From: a virus
Lineage: Duplodnaviria; Heunggongvirae; Uroviricota; Caudoviricetes
IMG/VR virus record: IMGVR_UViG_3300011008_000003
Strand: one strand, 5' to 3'
Length of the DNA stretch: 64,000 nt
Both the position numbers and the translations under genes were made by a program. Below, in pieces: positions 1-9,593 of the stretch. The notes beneath the pieces are model-generated. The model was not told the DNA's origin and made no database searches. It worked only from the letters and a program-made list of their open reading frames with translations. Each line of letters begins with the position of its first letter. Position 1 is the stretch's first letter.

Positions 1-132
1 GGTTGATAGGTAATATGTACGAGCTTGCCGTTTACGTCAAGTACGCATTCGTTCATATTCCATGACTTTACGTAAGACATTACGCCTTCCGCATTCTTGA
101 AACGCCATAAAGCAAAATCTACTAATCCCATT
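1..132 (-). CDS. hypothetical protein, runs off window edge
   Basis: ATG at 132, open frame MGLVDFALWRFKNAEG... to base 1. Confidence 0.5.
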
Positions 133-176
133 TTTAATCTCCGATACGGATAATATAATAAAAAAGAAAGGACTTG

Positions 177-1010
177 TCAGCCCTTTTTATAATTTTTCTG
201 TACTTGTTTGTATATTTTATAGAGAGCCATACATTTTTCGATATAGCCTTTAGTTTCTCCTGCCAAAGGTTTAGCAGGTCTTCCAGCTCGGTCAAATTTG
301 GATTTCGACCTGTATGTACGGTAATTAGTAGCCTGAGCCCATCCACCGTTATAGTCAGCAAGCATCATTTCAATAACGTTCTTGTGTGTCTTAGAAAGAT
401 ATGCAATGATTCTTCCTGCATTGTCGATATTGAACTTCAAGTCATTGAAATCATCAAAGTTGAACTTTTTAGGATCCTTGCCTTGAAGTCTGGTATGGGT
501 ATCGAAAGCAGTTCCTTTCGTAATCTGCATCATTCCCCGTGCACCGGCACCGCTCCTGGCTCCGTTATCGTAATTCGATTCGGTTCCGGCCATAGCGAGA
601 AGAATATCAATATCGATATTATACTTATTGGCAGTATTCACCATGTATTTTGCAATAATATCGAGATTCTTCCTTCCGTATTTCTTAAGCATAGTATCTG
701 GAGTAGCGAGAATCTTCTTCTTGGTCAATTCGATTTCATCCTTAAAGGTGAACTTGGAAGAATCTTCAGGACTGGCCTTATAATTCTTAGGAACACCGAA
801 CTTGTCGAAATTCGTATTATAACGTTGCTGCATGTGAACGACTGAACCCTTACCGAAAGAATCATCAGTAACAGGCTTAGCCTTTACACCGCTGTTTCCG
901 AATGCGAGACCTGCAGCGAGAGCTCCAGCGCCCAACGCCTTAGAAATTACGCCTTCTTCCAAAATATATCCGGCATCTTCCAGAATTTCTTTTGCTTCTT
1001 CTATTGTCAT
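177..1010 (-). CDS. lytic transglycosylase (SLT domain) with N-terminal hydrophobic segment
   Basis: Motifs TESNY, GARGMMQI, YNGG; start taken at MTIEEAKEIL (1010). Confidence 0.85.
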   Translation of the reverse strand: MTIEEAKEILEDAGYILEEGVISKALGAGALAAGLAFGNSGVKAKPVTDDSFGKGSVVHMQQRYNTNFDKFGVPKNYKASPEDSSKFTFKDEIELTKKKILATPDTMLKKYGRKNLDIIAKYMVNTANKYNIDIDILLAMAGTESNYDNGARSGAGARGMMQITKGTAFDTHTRLQGKDPKKFNFDDFNDLKFNIDNAGRIIAYLSKTHKNVIEMMLADYNGGWAQATNYRTYRSKSKFDRAGRPAKPLAGETKGYIEKCMALYKIYKQVQKNYKKG

Positions 1011-1302
1011 TAAATCGTCCAAAAAGAGTATAATAAGAAAGCGACTATTCCGATACAGACTAAGATAGCGACACCAGCTAGAGCCTTGTCTAGCCAATCG
1101 TCGTCAAATGCCGTTACCGGTATAAAGTCGTTTTTCTTTTTCATTATTCTACAATATTATCTAAAGAATCAACAAATTCCTGTGCAGCCTCAAGTTCTTC
1201 ATCAGTAAACTTATGGCCTTTCTTCTTGTTTTTCTTTGCTTCATCGATTTGTTCGATGTATTCGTTAAGTTCTACATAGTTATCGTCAAACATTTTAACT
1301 CC

Positions 1303-2535
1303 TTATCTAGGCTTTATTGTATATTGGCCTGGTTCATATACTCTAACATCCCATTCTACCTTAACACGACCAAGATAGTCATAATCAATAACATAATTCG
1401 GTTTTGACGTTATTCGGTAACGCTTATAGAAAGTGTTGAAGCTTGTCATAGTCGTACCAAAAGATACAAAATATTTCGGATCTCTATTTATCTTCAGTTC
1501 GTACCAAGTGCCTTCAAGGTCAGGGTCATTAGATTTACCAGTAGCTATAGCACGAGTAATAGATGCATATGCCTTAGAACCGCGTTTTACAAAATACACA
1601 GGACTGTCGTCACCGCCGTCTTCATAATCCTTAGCAAAAACGCGAACACTATCACACCACTTATTAATTGCTTCCTGCGACATGCCGGATCTCGATGCAT
1701 TCTCCGCATCATAAGATACAACACCAAGTTCTCTTTCACGGCGAATCATTTCCGGTTTGATACTGTAGTAATAGTGCATCATATCTCGCATGGTACGCAT
1801 CTGTTCAAAATTATTCGGATCTAATGTACTGAACAATCTTGTCCACTTACCACAGAATCTTTGCTGTCCAGATTTTCCACTAGCTAATGCTTCTTGTAAT
1901 GCCTTCCAATCTGAACAATTTACAGAAACAACATAGAAATATGTCTTACCCTGATATTCCTGCTTAAGCATGACGTTCTTCATTGCCCATTCAGCAACAT
2001 AGTCCTTATCCATCAAGGCGACACCGGTTTCAACATTCTTAACGGCATACCTTTCGATATTGCCAAGTTCTGGATAATCTTCAGAAAGCTTGTCAGCCAG
2101 TCGTTTCCATTCGAACTTATGGCATGTTTCATCGCTGGTTCTCAATGCACGCCTAACCGCAGTACGGTCACGAAGTGCTGCACGACGAATTGCGAAATCC
2201 CAGTTTTCAGGCGGAAGTTCAGTATAGCAATGAACATAATAGTGAAGCATTTCATGTACGAATACGTTTCTAAAAGCCGCATAAGTACCGCATGCATTAA
2301 GATTCAACTTTATACATATCGGAATGAACTTGCGATTTATCATATCCGTTCTATGTGAAAAATATCCATGTAACCTGGTACCTTTCATCCAATCAAGTGG
2401 AATCGGGGCAAGTACACCGTTAAAATAAGTCTTATTAAACTTATCGAAATAATATTTCAATGCGGCTTTATCTTTTTCAAAAGAACGGCCTTCATCGTCT
2501 GTTAACTGTATGGCTTCGTCTAATATATTCATCAT
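1303..2535 (-). CDS. SprT-like zinc metalloprotease
   Basis: FNKTYFNG, HEMLH and downstream H..EW; TATAAATA directly upstream. Confidence 0.8.
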   Translation of the reverse strand: MMNILDEAIQLTDDEGRSFEKDKAALKYYFDKFNKTYFNGVLAPIPLDWMKGTRLHGYFSHRTDMINRKFIPICIKLNLNACGTYAAFRNVFVHEMLHYYVHCYTELPPENWDFAIRRAALRDRTAVRRALRTSDETCHKFEWKRLADKLSEDYPELGNIERYAVKNVETGVALMDKDYVAEWAMKNVMLKQEYQGKTYFYVVSVNCSDWKALQEALASGKSGQQRFCGKWTRLFSTLDPNNFEQMRTMRDMMHYYYSIKPEMIRRERELGVVSYDAENASRSGMSQEAINKWCDSVRVFAKDYEDGGDDSPVYFVKRGSKAYASITRAIATGKSNDPDLEGTWYELKINRDPKYFVSFGTTMTSFNTFYKRYRITSKPNYVIDYDYLGRVKVEWDVRVYEPGQYTIKPR

Positions 2536-2539
2536 ATAT

Positions 2540-2547
2540 TATTTATA
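2540..2547 (-). promoter_or_regulatory. T4-type late promoter TATAAATA
   Basis: Exact motif 4 nt upstream of the SprT start. Confidence 0.7.
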
Positions 2548-2555
2548 AGAAGCTT

Positions 2556-3347
2556 CTACTTTGTTTCCCAGGACAGCTTAATATATTTTACCGGAATATT
2601 CTGGTTAGTGAAACAGGCACAGGCAGACAAATCGTCCTCATCGTCAAATTCTGGGTCCTTATAGACCTTAAAATTCGATGGAAGATTGATTTCATAGATA
2701 TACATCTTCGGCATATCCTCGTCATGATCCTTACGCCATGTATAATGCATATCAAATAACATCCTCTCGGTAAGCTCGTCCAGACGCTTTTCAAGTGCCA
2801 CCTGAGCTTCTTCCGTAGATGTATCGTAATCTATCGTACCGTCAATAATGATAGTCTTTAAAGCCATCTTGCCGCTAATCATGTAAATACGGCGTTCATA
2901 TTTGACATTGTTCTTGTTCTTGCAACGAAGACCGCCAGTCTGCTTAAGAATTTCCGGCGTGGCAGAACTAATATGATAGAACTTGCTGAAATCCAGCTCT
3001 TCAATAAACCTGTTATAAGCTTCCATCTTATCTGGGTCATTCAACAGTTCAAGTTCGACATACGGCTTGATATTGTCGACTGGTTCTCTGGACTGACGGA
3101 AAATCAACTGTTTCTTATTCGGGGAACAGTCAGACCAGCCATTGGCGTCAAAGAACTGTTTTGCTTCCGCAATATCGATATTATAAATGGTAGTTAATTC
3201 TGTTGCGGAAAATTTAACTTCCATACCATTAAGAGACAAAGTAGCACAGTCGTTCAACCTTATGTTAAAGCGGTTTTTCCATTTCTGGCAAAGTTCGGGT
3301 AAATCTACGAATCTTAAAGATTCGTTCATATATTCTGCAAATGTCAT
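2556..3347 (-). CDS. putative ADP-ribosyltransferase-fold head protein
   Basis: FYHISS...GGL...RIYM...YIYEI...DPEF...NIP pattern; N-terminus MTFAEYMNES. Confidence 0.5.
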   Translation of the reverse strand: MTFAEYMNESLRFVDLPELCQKWKNRFNIRLNDCATLSLNGMEVKFSATELTTIYNIDIAEAKQFFDANGWSDCSPNKKQLIFRQSREPVDNIKPYVELELLNDPDKMEAYNRFIEELDFSKFYHISSATPEILKQTGGLRCKNKNNVKYERRIYMISGKMALKTIIIDGTIDYDTSTEEAQVALEKRLDELTERMLFDMHYTWRKDHDEDMPKMYIYEINLPSNFKVYKDPEFDDEDDLSACACFTNQNIPVKYIKLSWETK

Positions 3348-3350
3348 ATA

Positions 3351-3686
3351 TTATTTATTCAATATTTCGTACTTCTCATCGAAGTCTTTTTTAGAATACC
3401 AAGAAAATTTAAAATACCCGTCCTTGGTAACTTCTTTTACTATATAAGTATTATACTGGAAATATCTAGGAGTAAGTCTCCATGCGATATTGTTCAAACA
3501 GATAGGATCTTCCCAGACCATTACGCCGTAATCGGTAAAATCGTAATCATACGTATCGCCGAAAAATGCTTCAAGTTTTTCTCTATCGTTATTCGTAAAA
3601 TAAATGAAATTGAACGTAGGAGACTTGTATCGACATTGCTCCACGCCAGTATTGTTAAACATTTTACGTATAAACCGTTTGAACAT
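3351..3686 (-). CDS. hypothetical protein
   Basis: ORF with GGAG RBS. Confidence 0.7.
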   Translation of the reverse strand: MFKRFIRKMFNNTGVEQCRYKSPTFNFIYFTNNDREKLEAFFGDTYDYDFTDYGVMVWEDPICLNNIAWRLTPRYFQYNTYIVKEVTKDGYFKFSWYSKKDFDEKYEILNK

Positions 3687-3736
3687 GTTTTAATTCTCCA
3701 GGCAAATCACAATTTAACATAAAATATAGTAAAATT

Positions 3737-4177
3737 TTAATCACGTACAGAAACAAAAAAATTATCTGATAATTGCCAATGCTCTTTCATTTTCCTGGTC
3801 AATTCATTGGCGCAATCTGTCGTAAAAGCACAATCGCAGTCGCGTTCCGCATATTTGAGAATTATATATTCATAACGGTTATTACCCATCTTTTCAACCA
3901 ACTTATGGACACTGTTATAGGTTTCGTTACGAATCTCGTATTCGACCTTATCCCTGTCTGTATTCGACGGAATATCTATATCAAGCTTGAATATATCAAT
4001 CGACTTGATATAGGCCTTAAGTTTCTTTCTCTTCTGCTTGTCGGTTTCTAAAAACAGTTCCTTAAGCTTTTCTCTCAGAAGTGCCGTATAGGCAAACAAT
4101 TCCTCTGTAGTATAACCGAAAACGATATTCTTATATCGGTCGAGAAAAAACAATCTTTCCTGATAGGTCATTTCCAT
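3737..4177 (-). CDS. hypothetical protein
   Basis: ORF in operon. Confidence 0.7.
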   Translation of the reverse strand: MEMTYQERLFFLDRYKNIVFGYTTEELFAYTALLREKLKELFLETDKQKRKKLKAYIKSIDIFKLDIDIPSNTDRDKVEYEIRNETYNSVHKLVEKMGNNRYEYIILKYAERDCDCAFTTDCANELTRKMKEHWQLSDNFFVSVRD

Positions 4178-4191
4178 ATTATATTTATTCC

Positions 4192-4413
4192 TTACAGGCC
4201 GAGTTTTTTCTTAAGCTCGTTATTTCGCTTGACAAGCTGTTCAAATAACGGTTTCGCATTTTCGAAATAGTCTTTCTGGTCCTGGCGAAGCCTTACACCG
4301 TCAGGCAGATACCACTTATGAACATCGTCATATTGAAATCCGCATGCCATCAAAGTATTCTTGATTCCGTTTATCCTCATGCCGTTAAGCTGGTATTCTT
4401 CCATCTCGCTCAT
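4192..4413 (-). CDS. hypothetical protein
   Basis: ORF abutting upstream gene. Confidence 0.7.
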   Translation of the reverse strand: MSEMEEYQLNGMRINGIKNTLMACGFQYDDVHKWYLPDGVRLRQDQKDYFENAKPLFEQLVKRNNELKKKLGL

Positions 4414-4414
4414 A

Positions 4415-4738
4415 TTACTTTCCTTTCTTTTTCCAGTCGATGTCCTTCTTCATGAATTCGACTTCGGCGTTTTCGTTCGCCTTTATATACTTTTTGAATT
4501 CTGCCAACGTATCGTAATGGCAATCGGTCAACTTTACCGTGGGCTTCTTGGAAAAACACAAGAACTTGTCCTCGACCTTCATTACCCGGATTATCCTAAG
4601 CTTGAAATCAACCAGAATAATATCACCGGTAACTACATCTGTCTTTATATTTTTCATATACAGGTAAGGGTTCATTTTGATATATCCCTTATCTGTCAAG
4701 TATTTGGACATAGCCTTCACGATAGCATCAACCTTCAT
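4415..4738 (-). CDS. hypothetical protein
   Basis: ORF in operon. Confidence 0.7.
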   Translation of the reverse strand: MKVDAIVKAMSKYLTDKGYIKMNPYLYMKNIKTDVVTGDIILVDFKLRIIRVMKVEDKFLCFSKKPTVKLTDCHYDTLAEFKKYIKANENAEVEFMKKDIDWKKKGK

Positions 4739-4819
4739 TATTTAACTTTTTATTTATTATAAAAGAAAACCGTCATCCAAGAAGTTAGGCCTGACGGTTT
4801 CTTATAGTATGAAAATGAA

Positions 4820-5200
4820 TTACATGGTAATAGAAGTCTTCAAGTTAGCACAATCGATAGCGCAGTGCTTGAGAAGTTCGATAAGGGTCTTAGAAGCACC
4901 CTGCTGAATCTTCTGAGTAACGGCGTTGATGTACTTAGCCTTGTCGTCCTGAGAAGCGAACATTTCATCAGTTACGTAACGTTCGGTTGCGTACTTGAAA
5001 ATAGCGTCGCCGAGGTCCTGACCGAGCTTCTTGAGACCTTCCTTCATATCGCCGTTGCCAACATAACGCTGGACAAGAGAATCGAGGGAAGAATTCATAG
5101 CCTGAGTTTCATAGCTCTGTTCGGCAGTTGACTGCTGAGCGGCTTCCATTTCCTCGTCAAGCTTCTTGTGGTAATAAGTCTTGAAATCAATATCTGTCAT
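4820..5200 (-). CDS. hypothetical late protein
   Basis: GGAG RBS, optimised codons, TATAAATA at 5230-5237. Confidence 0.75.
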   Translation of the reverse strand: MTDIDFKTYYHKKLDEEMEAAQQSTAEQSYETQAMNSSLDSLVQRYVGNGDMKEGLKKLGQDLGDAIFKYATERYVTDEMFASQDDKAKYINAVTQKIQQGASKTLIELLKHCAIDCANLKTSITM

Positions 5201-5228
5201 GATAATCTCCTAAATTTTTTCTTTTATA

Positions 5229-5735
5229 TTATTTATAGCGTTTATTTTCCAAAATCATGAAAGTTGTCGGAAAATCGTTATCTTTGTCTGCAGGGAAATC
5301 TTCAGAATGCACAATATCCCACTTCGACATATCTAATTCAGGAAAAAATGTATCGCCATCTGGTATTTCTGTATGAATTCTGGTCAAATAAATCTTATTA
5401 ACAATGTTAACAGACTGTCTATAGAGTGAACCGCCACCGATAATGAACGGCTCTTTAATATACTTGGAATTAACATAATCGACCGCAAACTGAAGGCTCG
5501 GCTTAACTATAACACCTTCCGGATTATAACTTTCGTTAGACGAGACCACGACATTAAGTCGATTCGGCAACGGCCTGCCTATGGATTCAAAACACTTACG
5601 GCCCATAATTACTGCTGAACCAGTAGTCAATTCCTTAAAACGTATCAAATCTCGCTTTAAATGCCAGGGCATGGCATTATTTCGACCAATGACGTTATTA
5701 TCCGTTGCTGCTACAATTATACTATACTTACTCAT
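5229..5735 (-). CDS. frd: dihydrofolate reductase
   Basis: IG..NAMPWHL..D...FK..T, MGRK, LPNRLNVV, IIGGG, GDTFFP. Confidence 0.97.
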   Translation of the reverse strand: MSKYSIIVAATDNNVIGRNNAMPWHLKRDLIRFKELTTGSAVIMGRKCFESIGRPLPNRLNVVVSSNESYNPEGVIVKPSLQFAVDYVNSKYIKEPFIIGGGSLYRQSVNIVNKIYLTRIHTEIPDGDTFFPELDMSKWDIVHSEDFPADKDNDFPTTFMILENKRYK

Positions 5736-6232
5736 ATCCTTTCTACCTTTACTCCGTTGCGTTCCAAAAAGCTAATGCCATTAGACCCACGATCATATTT
5801 ATTTTCATACATGACATGCTTAATTCCACAAGTATAAATTAAACGAGCACATGCTTCACAAGGTTCATGTGTCAAAAGCATAGATGTACCAGTAATATCG
5901 ATTTTTTCCCTTAATACATTGCCCAACGTATTCTGTTCGGCATGGATTTCGTTCGTATTGGCGAACTCATGATGAAGTTCTTTCCATTCCTCTTCTGAAT
6001 ATTCCAGCCATTCCGCGGAAGTCGTCTTCCTTGCATAGAACTTTCCAGCCTCTGTCTTGAAGAGCTCGTTACAATTGGTCTGACCTGCGGGAGTTCCGTT
6101 ATATCCGCAAGAAAGAATCCTACCGTCTTTCACAATCAAAGCTGCGACCTTGACCCTGGAACATTTGCTAAGATTCTGATATTCTTTCAAAACCGTCTTA
6201 TAGAGATGCTTATATTTTAATTCCATTACCAT
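5732..6232 (-). CDS. cd: dCMP deaminase
   Basis: GYNGTP, HAEQN, PCEAC. Confidence 0.95.
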   Translation of the reverse strand: MVMELKYKHLYKTVLKEYQNLSKCSRVKVAALIVKDGRILSCGYNGTPAGQTNCNELFKTEAGKFYARKTTSAEWLEYSEEEWKELHHEFANTNEIHAEQNTLGNVLREKIDITGTSMLLTHEPCEACARLIYTCGIKHVMYENKYDRGSNGISFLERNGVKVERI

Positions 6233-6738
6233 TGCTCCGAAATACGTCGAATTTCAGATTTATCAAATAAAACATATCGACTATTATCTTTTTCTCGAGT
6301 TCTTTCAACCTCGCCAGTTTGTTTTATTCTCTTTACTATATGAGAACCTTGATACCATTCATTATTTTCAATCTTATTCATCAATAGTTCATATAGGCTT
6401 TTCAAACCAGGAAGATATATTATATTATCATTTTTATATTTCAACAATAAAAATATTGAAAAATCCTTATCATACAACGGTGTATGCAAACCACAATCTT
6501 TCAAATACGTATATGATAATTTATACTGTGCGTCTTTACCTTGGCCGGTCTTAATATCACCCCAATACTGTTTACCAGTTTTTATATCCGTTATTTTAAC
6601 ATCATGCCCAGTCTTATCTAAATAAGAACCTTTCATTACTTCATTAAAAATATATTCTGGATGTCTTTGCTGTAATATCTGAATAATCTTAGTCTGATCA
6701 TCCATACCGTTTTGATTCAATTCAATTATTGTACTCAT
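6226..6738 (-). CDS. putative PD-(D/E)XK nuclease-like protein
   Basis: D..GHD...GDIK; paralog-like to next ORF. Confidence 0.4.
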   Translation of the reverse strand: MSTIIELNQNGMDDQTKIIQILQQRHPEYIFNEVMKGSYLDKTGHDVKITDIKTGKQYWGDIKTGQGKDAQYKLSYTYLKDCGLHTPLYDKDFSIFLLLKYKNDNIIYLPGLKSLYELLMNKIENNEWYQGSHIVKRIKQTGEVERTREKDNSRYVLFDKSEIRRISEQW

Positions 6739-6799
6739 AGATACAAATATAGCATATTCCTGTTAAAGAATATGCTATTTGTAAATTTAGTTGTAATTT

Positions 6800-7270
6800 T
6801 TAAATAGTAGCGTATGCCAAATTTTTAATTTCGTCTAATGTGAATCGTACAAAACGACTCTTTTCATAATAATGACTAACTTCTTCCTTGCCTTCAGCAA
6901 TCTTATCAAGCAAAGCCTTATGGAATTCTTTTGCCTTTACGATATATCCGACGACATAGGTATCTAATGTGAAAACTAAGTCAATCGAAAAATCACCAGA
7001 ATATATTTTACTTTTCTCACCCAACCCATTAATATGTGTATAGGTAATAGAATCCGAACTCTTAGAACTCTTGACATCAATATAAGCATCAACATTCTTT
7101 ACACTATCGTGTATAATAATATCGATTTTATCTTCCATGTCTGTCTTTGAATTTTCTTCAGATTCAGTAACAATATATTTCGGTAGTTTCTTAAAGTATT
7201 GTTCAAATCTGCCGAATATTACATGCTGTGCTGTAAATCCTTCCGAACGAAGTTGTGTTTTACTTACCAT
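6800..7270 (-). CDS. putative PD-(D/E)XK nuclease-like protein
   Basis: D..DKID...YIDVK. Confidence 0.45.
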   Translation of the reverse strand: MVSKTQLRSEGFTAQHVIFGRFEQYFKKLPKYIVTESEENSKTDMEDKIDIIIHDSVKNVDAYIDVKSSKSSDSITYTHINGLGEKSKIYSGDFSIDLVFTLDTYVVGYIVKAKEFHKALLDKIAEGKEEVSHYYEKSRFVRFTLDEIKNLAYATI

Positions 7271-8106
7271 TAATGTACCTTTTTAACTAAGTTAACATAA
7301 TCGGTAAACGTATTCATCAGCTCTGCCAATCCTGACATCTGAATGAACTTGAAATACTTCTTAGTATCTGGTTCACCGTATGTTAAATTATTTATTACGT
7401 CATTAATCGCAAGTTCGATTTCCTTAGGAATACAGTCAAACGAAATCAACTTCATATTACGTTCATATTCGGGCTGAAGCTTTTCAGTTTCAATCCACTG
7501 GTTAACGTCTTCGTTGATAATCTTCAATGCACGCTTCGGACCAATGCCTCGTTTGAGACCAGGAATATTATCGCTGCTGTCGCCAGTAAGAATCTTCACC
7601 ATCAATTCGACATCAGGATCCAAACCTTCAATAAACGTATGCTTCATCGCATCCCATTGGCGGTAATTTGGATATTTGAATAACTGGTAAAAGTCCCTAT
7701 CTGAAGATACGTTAATTATATCCCAGTCAGGATGGTTTTTGACAATCGTTGCTATACAATCATCTGCCTCGGCGTGAGGAATCTTGACGAACGGAATATT
7801 CTTAAACGAATCCGCAATATCGTTGATAAACTTCTCGAGAACCGGGAAAAACACATCGAAATTGACTACAGATTGTTCACGCTTTGCAGCACGATTAGCC
7901 TTGTATTCCGGATATACCTGTTTACGCCAGCTTTCAGAATCCTGCAAACAGATTACTCGCTCTGGTTCAAGTGTCTTGAGAAGCTTCATAAACGAAGCCA
8001 TGAATGTAAGCTTGAATATGGAAAATTCCTGTTCTTCTGGACCTGGCATCTGTGAGAACAGGCACCTCATAGTTAAATTTGATACGTCGATTAATACTAC
8101 TTTCAT
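7270..8106 (-). CDS. rnh: T4 RNase H-like 5'-3' exonuclease
   Basis: LID.SN, WRK..YPEYKANR, EADD, SSDRDFYQL, GDSSDNIPG. Confidence 0.93.
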   Translation of the reverse strand: MKVVLIDVSNLTMRCLFSQMPGPEEQEFSIFKLTFMASFMKLLKTLEPERVICLQDSESWRKQVYPEYKANRAAKREQSVVNFDVFFPVLEKFINDIADSFKNIPFVKIPHAEADDCIATIVKNHPDWDIINVSSDRDFYQLFKYPNYRQWDAMKHTFIEGLDPDVELMVKILTGDSSDNIPGLKRGIGPKRALKIINEDVNQWIETEKLQPEYERNMKLISFDCIPKEIELAINDVINNLTYGEPDTKKYFKFIQMSGLAELMNTFTDYVNLVKKVH

Positions 8107-8155
8107 ACGATTTCAAATATAGTAAAAAACGCTAATGAAAATTAGCGTTTTATTT

Positions 8156-8491
8156 TTATTCCAGATTTTCTTCTTCGTCATTCTCAAGCCAGTATCGTTC
8201 TTTATACATTTTCCGACTTTCCCTGACCTTTATCTTTCGTTTCTCGTCTTCTTTCATTCTCATGTATTCACGAACATTGACATGACGGTAACAATACTTA
8301 AGACACTTACCCATCTTAATCAGAAGCAAATGGCACAAGTGATGTTCTTTCGGAGAAAGCTCAATCTTGTTTTCCTTCTTGTTACTCCCACCTTCGCTTC
8401 TGGGTATAATATGATGGTTTTCTATCTGTCCGAATAATATCCTGTTACGAGCCCGATTAATTAACGTCTCATATATCTTTTCGTAATTCAA
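8156..8491 (-). CDS. HNH endonuclease
   Basis: HHIIPRSEGG.N...N...L...EH..CH. Confidence 0.85.
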   Translation of the reverse strand: MNYEKIYETLINRARNRILFGQIENHHIIPRSEGGSNKKENKIELSPKEHHLCHLLLIKMGKCLKYCYRHVNVREYMRMKEDEKRKIKVRESRKMYKERYWLENDEEENLE

Positions 8492-8493
8492 AA

Positions 8494-8979
8494 TTAGAAT
8501 CCTTTGTTACCTGGTGCCAAATCAAACTTACTCTTAGCGTCCTTGCTATCCATAATCCTGAACTTTTCTTCTAATCCAAGGTATTTCGGAACACACGGCA
8601 TCTTAATCCTGAAACTATCCATAACATATTTTCTATTATAGCATCTCAGACCGATAGCTATATTAGAATATATATCATTTAATTGCTTTCCGTTCCACAA
8701 AATTCTTACGTCTTCCAAAAACGCATGATATTGTTTCTGCATCTCGTTCAAAATGTATAGCTGTGTATTCATATCGAAATGGTGAAGATTGATTGCCCAG
8801 AACGCATTGATAGACATCTCGTCAGGTCCGATACAGTAAATCAACGGAAAATTATCGAAACCCTGTTTCCTTGCAGTCGTCGTATATGCGTCGTATTCAA
8901 GCAAGTAGAAATAGCCGTTCTGTATCAGATCGGTTTTTTCACATTCGTTTCTATCAATATGATAATGGTCTGCAATCAT
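8494..8979 (-). CDS. DNA end protector, T4 gp2-like
   Basis: YDA...FDNFPLI...AINLHH resembles the gp2 core. Confidence 0.7.
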   Translation of the reverse strand: MIADHYHIDRNECEKTDLIQNGYFYLLEYDAYTTTARKQGFDNFPLIYCIGPDEMSINAFWAINLHHFDMNTQLYILNEMQKQYHAFLEDVRILWNGKQLNDIYSNIAIGLRCYNRKYVMDSFRIKMPCVPKYLGLEEKFRIMDSKDAKSKFDLAPGNKGF

Positions 8980-9530
8980 TAAATATCTTCAGTATTTTCA
9001 AGCATGAGTTCTACGTTTTCGTAATCGAATGTCGCGACGAAATTAACCGGCGACGCAGAACCATACTGCAAGGATAAACTCGACAAGTTGTTGATGATAG
9101 CATGTTTGAACTTCATCTTGGAAATAATCTTGTTGTTATTATTGAGCGATACGAGCTCTATGGCGTCAATACAGTCATACCTTAGTAGTTCTTCCCCTTT
9201 AAGGTTTGTCTTGCCCACGGGCTCGCCGAAACGCATCCAGTAAATCCATTCGCGGAACAGGTAGTAGTTCATCATGTGTTCATCGAGCTGGAATTCAACA
9301 TGCATTGTCTGCAAGTCTCTAGCACCAATCGGATTCGGGTGTAGCTGTCTTTCATGCTGATATAAGGACGTAAGCATCGGAATAGAAAAATCCGGCACTG
9401 TTACGTTTCTTACGTAGTTATCGAGAATATGAGTATCAAGTTCATAATTAGTCATGTTAACGAGATTTGAAAACCTGATTATAAACTTGTTATTACTAAA
9501 ATCATTAATTTGAGTAGTTATTCCTGCCAT
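8979..9530 (-). CDS. tail completion / tail tube-fold protein, T4 gp3-like
   Basis: NKF...VTVP...VEFQLDE.M.NY...WI, LSSL.L..F.Y; TATAAATA at 9535-9542. Confidence 0.7.
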   Translation of the reverse strand: MAGITTQINDFSNNKFIIRFSNLVNMTNYELDTHILDNYVRNVTVPDFSIPMLTSLYQHERQLHPNPIGARDLQTMHVEFQLDEHMMNYYLFREWIYWMRFGEPVGKTNLKGEELLRYDCIDAIELVSLNNNNKIISKMKFKHAIINNLSSLSLQYGSASPVNFVATFDYENVELMLENTEDI

Positions 9531-9542
9531 GTTTTATTTATA

Positions 9543-9572
9543 AAAAAGGTATTTCCGAGTGGAAATACCTTT
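9543..9572 (-). terminator. intrinsic terminator
   Basis: AAGGTATTTCC/GGAAATACCTT stem with T-run on minus strand. Confidence 0.7.
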
Positions 9573-9593
9573 AAATCTTATTTTTTATCGTTA

